Positions 19,465 to 29,083 of a DNA stretch of 64,000 nucleotides are shown one piece after another. A model generated the notes under the pieces. That model was not told the origin of the DNA, ran no database searches, and worked only from the letters and a program-made list of their open reading frames with translations. Each line of letters begins with the position of its first letter. The stretch's first letter is position 1. A program made the translations under genes and the position numbers. The stretch is taken from the IMG/VR virus record IMGVR_UViG_3300025133_000027, positions 96,001 through 160,000 of that record. The stretch is one strand, 5' to 3'. The DNA comes from a virus.

Positions 19465-19961
19465 TGACCAGTAAGAGAGCTAAAATGAAGATGATGATGA
19501 AGCCGATTATCAAGGAATTGATTGCAGAGCTTCTATTTGAAGAAGGTGTCCTATCTTCTATTATTAGAGAAGTCGCTATTGCTTCTGGTCCAGTTCTCAC
19601 AGAATCAAGAAGCGCTCCTCAACGAAGAGCCAAGGAGCTTCCAGAAGGTGCACAGGCTAGAGAATCTAGAGAAGCCAGTGAGGCTATGATTCGTAAGATT
19701 AGAAACGAAGGCTCAAGAGAAGTAACTTCCTCAAGAGCACGAGACCAGTTTGAAAAATCAGGTATGGGAAGTTTCTTTGAGGGCACTGCACCTCTCAAAA
19801 CAAAGGGTGTTGTCAATGAAGGACGAAGTGGCGGCGGTGGCTTAACTGCTCCAAGCCCACTCGCAGGCATAGACCCTGATGACGAAGGTGTCAACATCGA
19901 CGCGCTTGACAAACTACTCGGAAATAAATGGGGTGAAATCGCTAAAAGGTTGGAGGACTAA
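19464..19961 (+). CDS. Hypothetical head-module protein
   Basis: 165 aa; MKPIIKELIAELLFEE start; coupled to the protease gene. Confidence 0.6.
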   Translation: MTSKRAKMKMMMKPIIKELIAELLFEEGVLSSIIREVAIASGPVLTESRSAPQRRAKELPEGAQARESREASEAMIRKIRNEGSREVTSSRARDQFEKSGMGSFFEGTAPLKTKGVVNEGRSGGGGLTAPSPLAGIDPDDEGVNIDALDKLLGNKWGEIAKRLED

Positions 19962-20204
19962 TTGAGTAACGAAAGAAAAACACATAAAAAAGCACCTGTT
20001 AACGTTGAGGTTATCAATCATGGACGTGACAGTTTTAAGGTGATCCGAAGATTTATGAAGAAAGTCAAGAATGAAGGACTGATGCAAGAGCTAAGAGATC
20101 GTAGATATTATGAAAAACCATCAGAAAAAAGACGTAAGCGCAAATTAAGAAGGATTAAAGTTCTTAAAAAATTAAGAAAGGAGACAGAAAAAAATGCCGG
20201 ATAG
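19962..20204 (+). CDS. rpsU: Phage-encoded 30S ribosomal protein bS21
   Basis: IRRFMKKVKNEGLMQELRDRRYYEKPSEKRRKRK is the bS21 signature. TTG start with GGAGG SD. Confidence 0.9.
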   Translation: MSNERKTHKKAPVNVEVINHGRDSFKVIRRFMKKVKNEGLMQELRDRRYYEKPSEKRRKRKLRRIKVLKKLRKETEKNAG

Positions 20205-20607
20205 CAATATACAAGTAAGAGTTGGTCTTGGAAATGTTGGTTCTTACCAAGTTAGTGGAGTTCCGTTTGCTTCAAGCTCAATCGCCTGTGCGATAAATTC
20301 TTCAGCACCAACACAAGTTTCATTTCCAAATGTAACTAAAGAAATTATAATTAAAAACACCAGTGGAGTAAGTGTAGATTTGCGTGTCGGGTTTAGTGAA
20401 AATGGAGTATTTGACGCTCTTGGCGAGAAGTATTTCTTTACTCTTGCAAATGGAGAATCTTACAGCTCTTCAGTAAGATGCACAAGTGTATTCTTATTAT
20501 CAGACAGTGGAACTATCCCAGCATCAGCTAGTGTAATAGCCGCTTTAACCGGAATCCCTGCGAGTAGACTACCTGAAAACTGGTCAGGCTCAGTTGGAAT
20601 TGGATAG
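20194..20607 (+). CDS. Small beta-rich virion protein (decoration candidate)
   Basis: S/G/V-rich 137 aa ORF within the head module. Confidence 0.45.
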   Translation: MPDSNIQVRVGLGNVGSYQVSGVPFASSSIACAINSSAPTQVSFPNVTKEIIIKNTSGVSVDLRVGFSENGVFDALGEKYFFTLANGESYSSSVRCTSVFLLSDSGTIPASASVIAALTGIPASRLPENWSGSVGIG

Positions 20608-20632
20608 TTCTGTGGAATTAAAGATTTTGTTA

Positions 20633-20642
20633 ACTATTTATA
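20633..20642 (+). promoter_or_regulatory. Putative late promoter ACTATTTATA for the scaffold-capsid operon
   Basis: Exact motif in the intergenic gap, then AAGGAG SD. Confidence 0.7.
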
Positions 20643-20667
20643 ATAGTTATTTAAGGAGAAAATATTA

Positions 20668-21939
20668 ATGTCTTCAATGTTAGGCCAAGCGATAATAGAT
20701 GTAGAAGAACTAAAAAGAATTGCCAAAGAAAAGGCAGAGCAAGATATTATCGAGCAATATTCTTCTAAAGTAAAAAATGTTATGGAGGAGCTTCTTCAGA
20801 AGAGTCTTCTTAACGAAGATGAAACCCCTTTCGAGGATGAAGACCTAGGCGGCATGGACGATATGGGCGGCATGGACGATATGGGTGGCATGGACGATAT
20901 GGGTGGAGAAGCTGGTGGTGATGCTGGCGGGCCTATCGAGTTTGGCGACGGTGGCGACGGTGAAGTCGGTGGAAAAGAAATTGGTGCTAGTGATGATGGT
21001 GATAGCACGCCTTCACTTCCACTTGCTGCTCTTGACGGCGAAACAATCGGAAGCACAACTTTTCCTAGCGAAGATGAGATGATTGAGATTGACTTAGATA
21101 ACATTGGAGAAGAAGAGTTCGGAACCTCCGAGAATGAATTTGGTCAAAAAAGCCCATGGGGACATGATAATGATGACTCTGGTGAAGGCGAGAACGGCGG
21201 AAGCTTCCTGAATGAAAGCGCTGATGGCGTAACCGAAGACAGGATATTTGATCCAAACAAAGAAGAAGACAAAGAAGAAGACAAAGAAGAAGTCCAAGAA
21301 GAAGGCGTTGAAGTAGATTACCAAAATGTAAAAACTCCACATGCTCCCTTCGGCTCCAACAATGAAGAAGACGAGATTAACTTAATGCTCTCACAACTAT
21401 GTGATGAAGCAGAAGAGTTGGAAAGCAAGAACAAAACAATCAAAAAAGAAAGTCGTGCTAAGAGTCAAAAGCTCGCAGAAACTATGAAAACTAACGATAA
21501 TCTTAGGAAAGATATTAAAAAACTAGTTGAAGCTATGAAAATGGTAAACAAGGAACTAGTTACTATAACGAACAATTATGAAAAAAGCAATAAAACTGTA
21601 AAGTCACTTAAAGCTAATTTCAATATGTTACAATCAGAGAGCAAGAAATTGTTCTTTAAAAACCAAGTTCTAGAAGATAGGACCTTGAATGCAAGACAGC
21701 GAAAGCAGATTGTCGAGGCTATTGAAAGAGCGAAGTCAGGTGAAGAAGCGAAAATCGTTTACGAAACGCTTCAAAGCACAGTGGAAGGAAGACGAGTACG
21801 CTCCGAACCGAAATCACTTAGCGAGGCCATGGATAAGAGAGCTTCACCATTGTTGTCAATTAAATCTAGACAACGACCTCTAGAGCCGCCAAAGACAAAC
21901 CATCGTATTACTCGATGGAAAGAATTAGCGGGTATCTAA
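20668..21939 (+). CDS. Prohead scaffold/core protein (gp22-like)
   Basis: Acidic low-complexity region plus coiled coil; C-terminal RWKELAGI; immediately upstream of the MCP. Confidence 0.75.
   Translation: MSSMLGQAIIDVEELKRIAKEKAEQDIIEQYSSKVKNVMEELLQKSLLNEDETPFEDEDLGGMDDMGGMDDMGGMDDMGGEAGGDAGGPIEFGDGGDGEVGGKEIGASDDGDSTPSLPLAALDGETIGSTTFPSEDEMIEIDLDNIGEEEFGTSENEFGQKSPWGHDNDDSGEGENGGSFLNESADGVTEDRIFDPNKEEDKEEDKEEVQEEGVEVDYQNVKTPHAPFGSNNEEDEINLMLSQLCDEAEELESKNKTIKKESRAKSQKLAETMKTNDNLRKDIKKLVEAMKMVNKELVTITNNYEKSNKTVKSLKANFNMLQSESKKLFFKNQVLEDRTLNARQRKQIVEAIERAKSGEEAKIVYETLQSTVEGRRVRSEPKSLSEAMDKRASPLLSIKSRQRPLEPPKTNHRITRWKELAGI
20848..20901 (+). repeat. 18-bp tandem repeat x3 (GGMDDM)
   Basis: GG(C/T)GGCATGGACGATATG x3. 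Confidence 0.95.
21259..21306 (+). repeat. 12-bp tandem repeat (KEED, two exact and two degenerate copies)
   Basis: AAAGAAGAAGAC units. Confidence 0.85.
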
Positions 21940-21968
21940 CTAACCAACTTTAAGGAGTTAAATTTATT

Positions 21969-23804
21969 ATGAGTACAATCGTAGAAGCATTAACTCGTGA
22001 TGTTGTACATACAGACCGTAAGGCAGAAGGCGCAGCTCTCATCAAGAAATGGGAGAAAGTCGGCTTGCTAGAAGGTCTTTCAACAGAGCGAAGCAAAATT
22101 AACATGTCGGTTCTATTAGAGAACCAAGCTAAGGAACTTCTTCGTGAAGCTTCCTCAATGAGTGCCGGTGACGTAGAAGGTTTCGCATCAGTTGCGTTCC
22201 CAATCGTCCGTAGGGTATTCGGTGGTCTTATTGCAAACGAGCTAGTCTCGGTTCAACCAATGAGTCTTCCATCTGGTCTTATCTTCTTCCTAGACTTTGT
22301 CTACAGTGGTAACACACCTGAGAAACTACACAACGGCGCAGTTGCCGGTGCATCACTATTCGGTGGTGGCGTAGTTGGTAAGGGAATCACTGGTGGTGTT
22401 GACCTTTCAGGTGATAACGCTGAGACTTCTTTTTATGGCCTTAACAACGGCTTTTCAACTGCTACAGGTAGTATTAATGCGGGTGAAGCAGACACTAACG
22501 TCCAGAATGTCGCTCTCCTTGGAACAGAGACTCTTGTTAGCGATCTATCAGCTCTTGACAAGAAAGTTCTTCGTTATGATCCTGATGTTCTAGGTTCAAC
22601 ACCAAGCGATATTATCGCTGCTGTAGTTGTTACCCTATCTACTGCTGAGATGGCTCAGATTGATGGTAGCAACTTAGTTACTATCGACCTAGTATCTTCA
22701 AGTACAACATCCGACGTTCGTGTTCCTGTTGACGGAGCTCTTGGAGCTACTGAGACTAAGGTTATTCGTAGATTAACTCACAAGGGTGCCTGGGATGCTA
22801 CAGCAACTACACTTTCAGATGAAGATACGAAGATTACTTTTTATCTACAATCCACTACTGCTGGTGGATTGGTTGCTGCTAATGTTGCTGGCAACCCTGG
22901 CTTAGGCAATACACTTAAGTTCTCACGTAAGGATTCGTGGGGTCAGGGTAACTCAGTAGGTTCAGTTCTAGCCGAACTTCTAGTCCAAGAAGGGGCGGGT
23001 TCTAGTTCGGTAGCTGGTGATGAAAAAGATGGTCACAACCGTACCATCTCAGAAATCGACATTAAGCTTGACTCTATCTCGGTAGACGTTAAGACTAAGA
23101 AGTTGAAGGCTAAGTGGACTCCTGAGCTTGCTCAAGACATCAACGCTTACCACAACATCGATGCTGAAGTTGAGCTAACTGGTATTCTTTCAGAGCACGT
23201 TGCTCTTGAAATCGACCAAGAAATCCTTAACGAGCTCGTTTCCGGTGGAACTGGCGGAACTCTTTACTGGAGTCGTCACGCTGGTAACTTCTTGAACCGT
23301 GAAACTGGTGCATCTGTTGTATCAGCTACTGCACCACCTGACTTCACAGGTAACGTGTCAGAATGGTACGAGACTCTTATTGAGACAATCAATGATGTGT
23401 CTGCACGTATCCACAGAAAGACACTTCGCGGTGGAGCTAACTTCCTAGTAACCTCACCTGAAATTGCTAACATTCTTGAGTTCACTAGTGGATTCAGAGC
23501 AACTGTAAACATGGAAGACCTCAAGGGTGGCTCCGTTGGTGCAGAGAAGGTTGGTTCACTTTCACGCAAGTGGGATGTGTATGTTGACCCTTACTTCTAC
23601 CGTAACGTAATTCTGGTAGGACGTAAAGGCAAGTCATTCCTAGAGTCTGGCTTTGTATACGCACCTTACGTGCCACTACAGACTACACCTACTATCTTCG
23701 GAACAGAGGACTTCGTACCACGCAAGGGTATGATGACTCGTTACGCCAAGAAGATGGTTCGTCCTGACATGTATGGCCTTGTTGTAGTGCAAGACTTAGT
23801 ATAA
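21969..23804 (+). CDS. Major capsid protein (T4 gp23-like) with a large central insertion
   Basis: LLENQ, VSVQPMSLPSGLIF, KLKAKWTPELAQD, EIDQEI, YAPYVPL and MTRYA motifs. Confidence 0.96.
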   Translation: MSTIVEALTRDVVHTDRKAEGAALIKKWEKVGLLEGLSTERSKINMSVLLENQAKELLREASSMSAGDVEGFASVAFPIVRRVFGGLIANELVSVQPMSLPSGLIFFLDFVYSGNTPEKLHNGAVAGASLFGGGVVGKGITGGVDLSGDNAETSFYGLNNGFSTATGSINAGEADTNVQNVALLGTETLVSDLSALDKKVLRYDPDVLGSTPSDIIAAVVVTLSTAEMAQIDGSNLVTIDLVSSSTTSDVRVPVDGALGATETKVIRRLTHKGAWDATATTLSDEDTKITFYLQSTTAGGLVAANVAGNPGLGNTLKFSRKDSWGQGNSVGSVLAELLVQEGAGSSSVAGDEKDGHNRTISEIDIKLDSISVDVKTKKLKAKWTPELAQDINAYHNIDAEVELTGILSEHVALEIDQEILNELVSGGTGGTLYWSRHAGNFLNRETGASVVSATAPPDFTGNVSEWYETLIETINDVSARIHRKTLRGGANFLVTSPEIANILEFTSGFRATVNMEDLKGGSVGAEKVGSLSRKWDVYVDPYFYRNVILVGRKGKSFLESGFVYAPYVPLQTTPTIFGTEDFVPRKGMMTRYAKKMVRPDMYGLVVVQDLV

Positions 23805-23820
23805 TCTAAGATAAACTAAC

Positions 23821-23856
23821 AGAAAAGCCCCTTGGAGAAATCCAAGGGGCTTTTCT
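23821..23856 (+). terminator. Intrinsic terminator after the MCP
   Basis: AGAAAAGCCCCTTGGA-GAAA-TCCAAGGGGCTTTTCT perfect stem with a GNRA loop. Confidence 0.9.
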
Positions 23857-23876
23857 TGTATTAGGGCTCCTAGCAA

Positions 23877-23886
23877 ACTATTTATA
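23877..23886 (+). promoter_or_regulatory. Putative late promoter ACTATTTATA
   Basis: Exact motif just after the terminator and before GAGGA SD. Confidence 0.7.
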
Positions 23887-23902
23887 TCACTAGAGGACTT
23901 CA

Positions 23903-26254
23903 ATGCTAAAATTAACAATCAATAACAAAAAAAAACTAATAAGTGAAATTAAGGGTAACAACCAAAAACTAGAACAAGTTGTTTCTAGAATGGATAAAGG
24001 ATACCTTGAAGACTATCTTGTAGATATTTTTGGTGATAAAAACAGGTTTGCTGTCCGGTCAGAAGTTAGTCTTGGCCTAACACACCCTGTATGGAAAAAT
24101 ATACTTTCATCGTTTGAGATTGATAAAAAAGGAATTTCTAGGTGGTGGTATTATAATGAATATACTAAAAATACGGAAACTAAAAGTAAAAAACTTGGTA
24201 AGCACTTAACAGATCTTGTTAGGGTGTCTAAGCCTCTGCTGGCAATTCGTGAAAAGAGAGACGAGGACTTTTTCAAGTTGTCGGACTTGAGATTTAATCT
24301 GAGGAAAGTTGCGCAAGATCTTAGGGATGAGGCCATTAATACTTTAAGGTATCCTGGGTCAAGGGCAACCTTGGAGCGGGATGCTGGTGTTCCTTTTAAT
24401 GCAAGAGCGGAAGGTGCCATTATACAATTTTTTGAAATCAATAGAGAAGAATTATACGAAGTTTTTGCTTTCTTTGACAAAATCGCTTTTGGTGCGTTTA
24501 AAGATAATTATGAAGTTTATGCAGAAACAAAAGCTCAAGAAGAGAAAGCTCTTACTCTTATCGGGTTCGTTATTGAAGAGTTTGATTACATTATCGATAA
24601 TCCACAATTATATAATGCATCAATTATGAAACAAAAACTAGGCGCATTAGAGAAGGAAATAGTTAAGAGAAGAGAATGGCTTGCAAGAAATGAAAAACAT
24701 GAAGAGGAAGAGATATCGGCTATAAAAAAGTTTAAAAACTTTGGTGGCGAAAATCGGCTATTAAAAAAGTATCAAACAATGTTAGATTGGTGGAATAAAA
24801 ACTCAGAAGAAGCACTTAGAGATCTCAATGGTGAATCAACTAAAGACCCTGGGTTTGTCTATATCTTTTCAAAACATCCAATTGATGTCCTGAGAATGGG
24901 CGATCATGATGGTATTACATCATGCCACTCCCCATCACAAGGATATTTTAAATGCGCAGTAGCTGATGCGAAAGGTGGCGGTGCTGTCGTATATTTAATC
25001 AACTCAGACCAATATGATGTGCTTAACAGGGTTAATAGCAATTGGGAGAGGAGCAAAGAAGAAATCTTCTTTGATAAAGATCGCCCAGATAACCAAAACA
25101 TGGAAGACGAAATCTCGAAAGGTAAGCTTGTTCCAAGTGCAAGATTCAGAATCCGAAGAATTGTTCATTATGAAAATGGAAGACCTGCAAGAGATTTTGG
25201 CGTGCCAGAGCTTCGAATTTATTCAAATAAGTTTACAGAGATAGGCGAAACTGTTCGGGCGAAGTTTCTAAAAGAAATAACAATAATTCTTAGAGATTTA
25301 CAGAAAGAAGTCTTTCAGGCAGGTTTACCAGATGAAGAAGATCTAAAACTAGCTGGTGGTGATTATCAAGATACACCTCCTTCCAAACTATTCAAAAACT
25401 TCTTTGGATTAGAGTATGTGTCATCATATGTTCTTGATAATCATCCACTTGAGAATAAGGCAAATAGCACAAAACACTTATTTGCTCACTTTAAGAAAAT
25501 ATACGCCATTAATGAGGAATCCGAAGCTCATTCTAACCATACAACTTATAATTTTTATTCAAGCTTTGCCGAACACCCAGAGGATCGGGTATATCCAAAC
25601 GAAACGGGGATGCCTTGGCGGGTGCAGTATTTTGAAGGAGGAAACAATGGAGATTCTCTTCAATTTGACATTGAAGACCCATTTCCAGGACTTGGAACTA
25701 AAGTTGGCTTTCTGATGCCACTCAACAAACACCAATCCAATAGATTTATTATGAGCTCCTATGTTGATCAGGAATTCCGAGGCTTTGTTATTGAACAATT
25801 TGTTAAATCTATATCATCTAAACCTTCTTATCTTAGAGCTAGGTGTTATAACCTAGAAGAAAACAATATTTTTGCTATTGATTTTGATGGAGATAAACAA
25901 GTCTTTAGTTTTCGTGGTATTGAGTTTTCATTTTCAGATTCTAAAGAAGACATATTAAGCAAATTGATAGAACATAGAGATAGCGAAATCAAGGCTTACG
26001 ACAAGGTTAGTCAAAAATCGAAAAGAATTCTGGCCAAAAAGAATATAAACCCGACAAGCATAGTCAATAAAAATTTCGCATCAATCATTGCAACTTTCGA
26101 AAGCACCGACGAGTATTATCTTAAAAGTTTCTTCACTTCACTCGTTCAGAACTATAGAAACTTTAAGAAACAAGAAGCAATTCTTAGAGACGTTATTTTT
26201 GCTATCCAAAAACTTAATCCAGACTTTAGATTTGAATATAAATATTTAGAATGA
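23903..26254 (+). CDS. Large hypothetical late protein (783 aa), candidate internal virion protein
   Basis: Own late motif; LISE in the N-terminus; central block SKHPIDVLRMGDHDGITSCHSP..YFKCAV looks enzyme-like. Confidence 0.6.
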   Translation: MLKLTINNKKKLISEIKGNNQKLEQVVSRMDKGYLEDYLVDIFGDKNRFAVRSEVSLGLTHPVWKNILSSFEIDKKGISRWWYYNEYTKNTETKSKKLGKHLTDLVRVSKPLLAIREKRDEDFFKLSDLRFNLRKVAQDLRDEAINTLRYPGSRATLERDAGVPFNARAEGAIIQFFEINREELYEVFAFFDKIAFGAFKDNYEVYAETKAQEEKALTLIGFVIEEFDYIIDNPQLYNASIMKQKLGALEKEIVKRREWLARNEKHEEEEISAIKKFKNFGGENRLLKKYQTMLDWWNKNSEEALRDLNGESTKDPGFVYIFSKHPIDVLRMGDHDGITSCHSPSQGYFKCAVADAKGGGAVVYLINSDQYDVLNRVNSNWERSKEEIFFDKDRPDNQNMEDEISKGKLVPSARFRIRRIVHYENGRPARDFGVPELRIYSNKFTEIGETVRAKFLKEITIILRDLQKEVFQAGLPDEEDLKLAGGDYQDTPPSKLFKNFFGLEYVSSYVLDNHPLENKANSTKHLFAHFKKIYAINEESEAHSNHTTYNFYSSFAEHPEDRVYPNETGMPWRVQYFEGGNNGDSLQFDIEDPFPGLGTKVGFLMPLNKHQSNRFIMSSYVDQEFRGFVIEQFVKSISSKPSYLRARCYNLEENNIFAIDFDGDKQVFSFRGIEFSFSDSKEDILSKLIEHRDSEIKAYDKVSQKSKRILAKKNINPTSIVNKNFASIIATFESTDEYYLKSFFTSLVQNYRNFKKQEAILRDVIFAIQKLNPDFRFEYKYLE

Positions 26255-26264
26255 TCTAGTTATA
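26255..26264 (+). promoter_or_regulatory. Putative late promoter variant TCTAGTTATA
   Basis: Motif variant upstream of the neck gene SD. Confidence 0.5.
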
Positions 26265-26279
26265 AAAGAGGGACCATAG

Positions 26280-27527
26280 ATGTCACAACCAATATTAACT
26301 CCAGCGAGTACAACAAGTACCACAATTTTATCAGCTTCAGCAACGCCTGCGGAGGCTGCTGCTTATGCTTTTAAAGCAGACGCTTATGCAGCAAATCAAT
26401 ATTTTTTATCAGGAGCGGCGGATCAGGTATCTTATACATATAAGAGATTGGGTGGCGATGTTCTTGATATCGAAATTGTTAATGATATGGTCTTCGAAGC
26501 ATATGAAGAAGCAGTTGTGGAATATAGTTATCTTGTTAATATTCATCAAGCAAAAAATGCACTCCCGAGTCTTCTTGGAGACACTACAGGAAGTTTTGAT
26601 CATACAGGACAATTAATATCAGGCGATTCCCTTGAAAACATTAATGTCGAGTTAAAGTATCCAAGGTTTGAAATGCCACATCCAAAAAGAGTCGGAATTG
26701 GACTTGGACGAGAAGGCGGGTTCGGTGGCGACGCTCAAATTCACACAGGTTCTTTTACTCCGGTGGTAAGACAGCAAGAATACGATCTACAGGCTTTAGT
26801 GTCTGATAGCCATCCAACTCTTGATATTGGAAATAAAAGAATTGTTATTCAAACAGTATATTATAAGACTCCAAGAACTATGTGGAGGTTCTTTTCATAT
26901 TATGGTGGCTTGAATGTTGTTGGAAACCTTATGGACTATGGACAATACTCAGACCGCTCTACATATGAGATTGTTCCAACTTGGCAAAATAAGTTGCAGG
27001 CCATGCAGTTTGAAGACTCTTTATATACAAGAACTTCACACTACTCTTATGATGTGATTAATAATAGGTTGAGAATATTTCCAACTCCAGAAGCTTCATT
27101 GTATCCAGATAAGATTTATTTTAGATTTTATGTCCCAGCAGATGCTTGGGTTGAAGAGGCTGATCGCCAAACTGGCACTTCTGGTATCAACAATATGAAT
27201 ACACTTCCTTTTGCTAACGTACCATATACAAGCATCAACTCAATTGGCAAGCAGTGGATTCGTAGATATGGCTTTTCTGTGGCTAAAAGGATGCTTGGAC
27301 GGGTGCGCTCCAAATTGGACAGCCTCCCCTTCTCAGGGCAAGATGTGACCCTGGATGGGAAAGACCTCATTTCAGAGGCAACAGAGGAACAAGAAAAGCT
27401 CAGAGAAGAGCTTAAAACTGTTCTTGACGAGCTTACTTATAATCAAGTGGCAGAGAATCAAGCAAAGATGGTCGAGGATTCCAGGAAGGCTATACGCGGA
27501 ACACCTCTTAAGATTTACGTGGGATAA
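26280..27527 (+). CDS. Neck protein (gp13-like head-tail adaptor)
   Basis: RLGGDVLDIEI, KQWIRRY..AKRMLGRVRSK, VTLDG..LISEA and PLKIYVG match the gp13 pattern. Confidence 0.75.
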   Translation: MSQPILTPASTTSTTILSASATPAEAAAYAFKADAYAANQYFLSGAADQVSYTYKRLGGDVLDIEIVNDMVFEAYEEAVVEYSYLVNIHQAKNALPSLLGDTTGSFDHTGQLISGDSLENINVELKYPRFEMPHPKRVGIGLGREGGFGGDAQIHTGSFTPVVRQQEYDLQALVSDSHPTLDIGNKRIVIQTVYYKTPRTMWRFFSYYGGLNVVGNLMDYGQYSDRSTYEIVPTWQNKLQAMQFEDSLYTRTSHYSYDVINNRLRIFPTPEASLYPDKIYFRFYVPADAWVEEADRQTGTSGINNMNTLPFANVPYTSINSIGKQWIRRYGFSVAKRMLGRVRSKLDSLPFSGQDVTLDGKDLISEATEEQEKLREELKTVLDELTYNQVAENQAKMVEDSRKAIRGTPLKIYVG

Positions 27528-27532
27528 AAGTT

Positions 27533-27733
27533 ATGTTTGAAAAGTGGAAACTATTTCTCGAAGCAAAATGCAAGACTCCTGGCGCAATCTATCACTTTAA
27601 TATTAATAATAAAAGTGTTGGAGTTGAGGTAGAGTTGCCCTCTGAAATCGATCTTGATGAAGAGAAGGCTAAAGAACTTGAAAATGAAATACATGATGCA
27701 CTAGAGAACATATTAGCGAGGTTTTTTGAATAA
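27533..27733 (+). CDS. Small acidic hypothetical protein inserted between neck genes
   Basis: 66 aa, MFEKWKLFLEA start; coupled to the next gene. Confidence 0.55.
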   Translation: MFEKWKLFLEAKCKTPGAIYHFNINNKSVGVEVELPSEIDLDEEKAKELENEIHDALENILARFFE

Positions 27734-28218
27734 TGGCAGACGAATGGACACAACCAGCAGCACCTCCTTCACCTCTTTTTACTGGAAAGAAAGAAAAGGA
27801 TTTTGTTAAACAAGTAGCTGACGAAGTTATAGAAAGAGTTATTGGGCAAGCAATTATGTATTACCCAATAAGTATTGAAGATACCAACTTTCATCCCCTA
27901 TATGGTGAAGCGATCGAAAAAACATTCCTTCCACCAGTCAGAGTGTATGCATTGGTTGAGTTAACAGAATATGTAACAGAAACAACAGATTTGGGTGTTG
28001 ACCATAGGTCTTCCATTGTTGTTAACTTTCATAAGCGACGCTTAACTGAGGATCAAAATCTGTATGTCAGAGAAGGTGATTTCGTGCTCTATGACGATAT
28101 CTATTATGAAATTGTAATGATCGGGGAACCAAGAAGGCTATTTGGTCAGATGGACTCCCGAATTGAAATCTCAGCAACCTGTATTAGAGCTAGAGATGGG
28201 AAGTTTAACGCGAAATGA
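27733..28218 (+). CDS. Neck/head-closure protein (gp14-like)
   Basis: GQAIMYYP, HPLYGE and VREGDFV motifs; position in the module. Confidence 0.7.
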   Translation: MADEWTQPAAPPSPLFTGKKEKDFVKQVADEVIERVIGQAIMYYPISIEDTNFHPLYGEAIEKTFLPPVRVYALVELTEYVTETTDLGVDHRSSIVVNFHKRRLTEDQNLYVREGDFVLYDDIYYEIVMIGEPRRLFGQMDSRIEISATCIRARDGKFNAK

Positions 28219-29006
28219 AAACACTAGTTTATGTGCCATCAACAATAGAAACAGTAGATTACGCTCTGTATGACTGGTTAGAAGGTCTCAATATCAAAAC
28301 GAGAACTAATAGTGGAGTCAGAGTGGTTCCGTTGGTATGGCTTTCCTCAGAAAGAGTCTTTCAGGTTAAGAATGATAAAGATTTACGAGAAGTAGATTCA
28401 AATTCAATTATCTTGCCAATTATAACAATTGAAAGAACATCTATGTCTAAAACTCCTGCCGGTGAGAGAGCTTTTCCTGGAAACGTGTTTCCGGTTAATG
28501 ACCATCGCAAAGGGGCTGTAACTATATATAAGAAAATAGTTCAAGATAAGACTGCCAACTTTGCGAATGCAGATTCAAAACGAGTATATGGGCAAAACAA
28601 CTTCCCTTTTGACAACAAGAAGGTGGTTAATAAGGCTATCTCCATCCCATATCCAGTCTTTATGAATATGAACTATACGATTAAGATTAGAACAGATTAC
28701 TTACAACAGATGAATGAAGCAACAACTCCGTTTTATAGATATACAAGTGGTATCAATCAGTTTATTGTAAAACGTGATGGACATCGATATGAGGCCTTTC
28801 TTGATGATGACTTTCCGATTGAAAGTAATGCCTCTGGTTTAGGTGAGGAAGAAAAGAAGTTTGAAGCAACAATATCGATTAAGGTTTTAGGTTATTTAAG
28901 CTCAGACGATACTAATCAAGAATCCCCAGAAGTCGTAGTAAGAGAAAATGCAGTTCAAGTAAGAATGCAAAGAGAACGGAGCGTCCTAGACAGCGAATCT
29001 TTTTAG
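28215..29006 (+). CDS. Tail completion/sheath terminator (gp15-like)
   Basis: VPLVW, LPIITIER and PYPV.MNY motifs; lies just before the sheath. Confidence 0.65.
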   Translation: MKTLVYVPSTIETVDYALYDWLEGLNIKTRTNSGVRVVPLVWLSSERVFQVKNDKDLREVDSNSIILPIITIERTSMSKTPAGERAFPGNVFPVNDHRKGAVTIYKKIVQDKTANFANADSKRVYGQNNFPFDNKKVVNKAISIPYPVFMNMNYTIKIRTDYLQQMNEATTPFYRYTSGINQFIVKRDGHRYEAFLDDDFPIESNASGLGEEEKKFEATISIKVLGYLSSDDTNQESPEVVVRENAVQVRMQRERSVLDSESF

Positions 29007-29033
29007 ATGTTATCGAAATTGAGTCTTTATCAA

Positions 29034-29043
29034 ACTATTTATT
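29034..29043 (+). promoter_or_regulatory. Putative late promoter ACTATTTATT for sheath and tube
   Basis: Motif in the intergenic gap upstream of AGGAG SD. Confidence 0.65.
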
Positions 29044-29083
29044 GTAGTGATTGCACACGAGATCTATTTAGGAGCAATTTATA

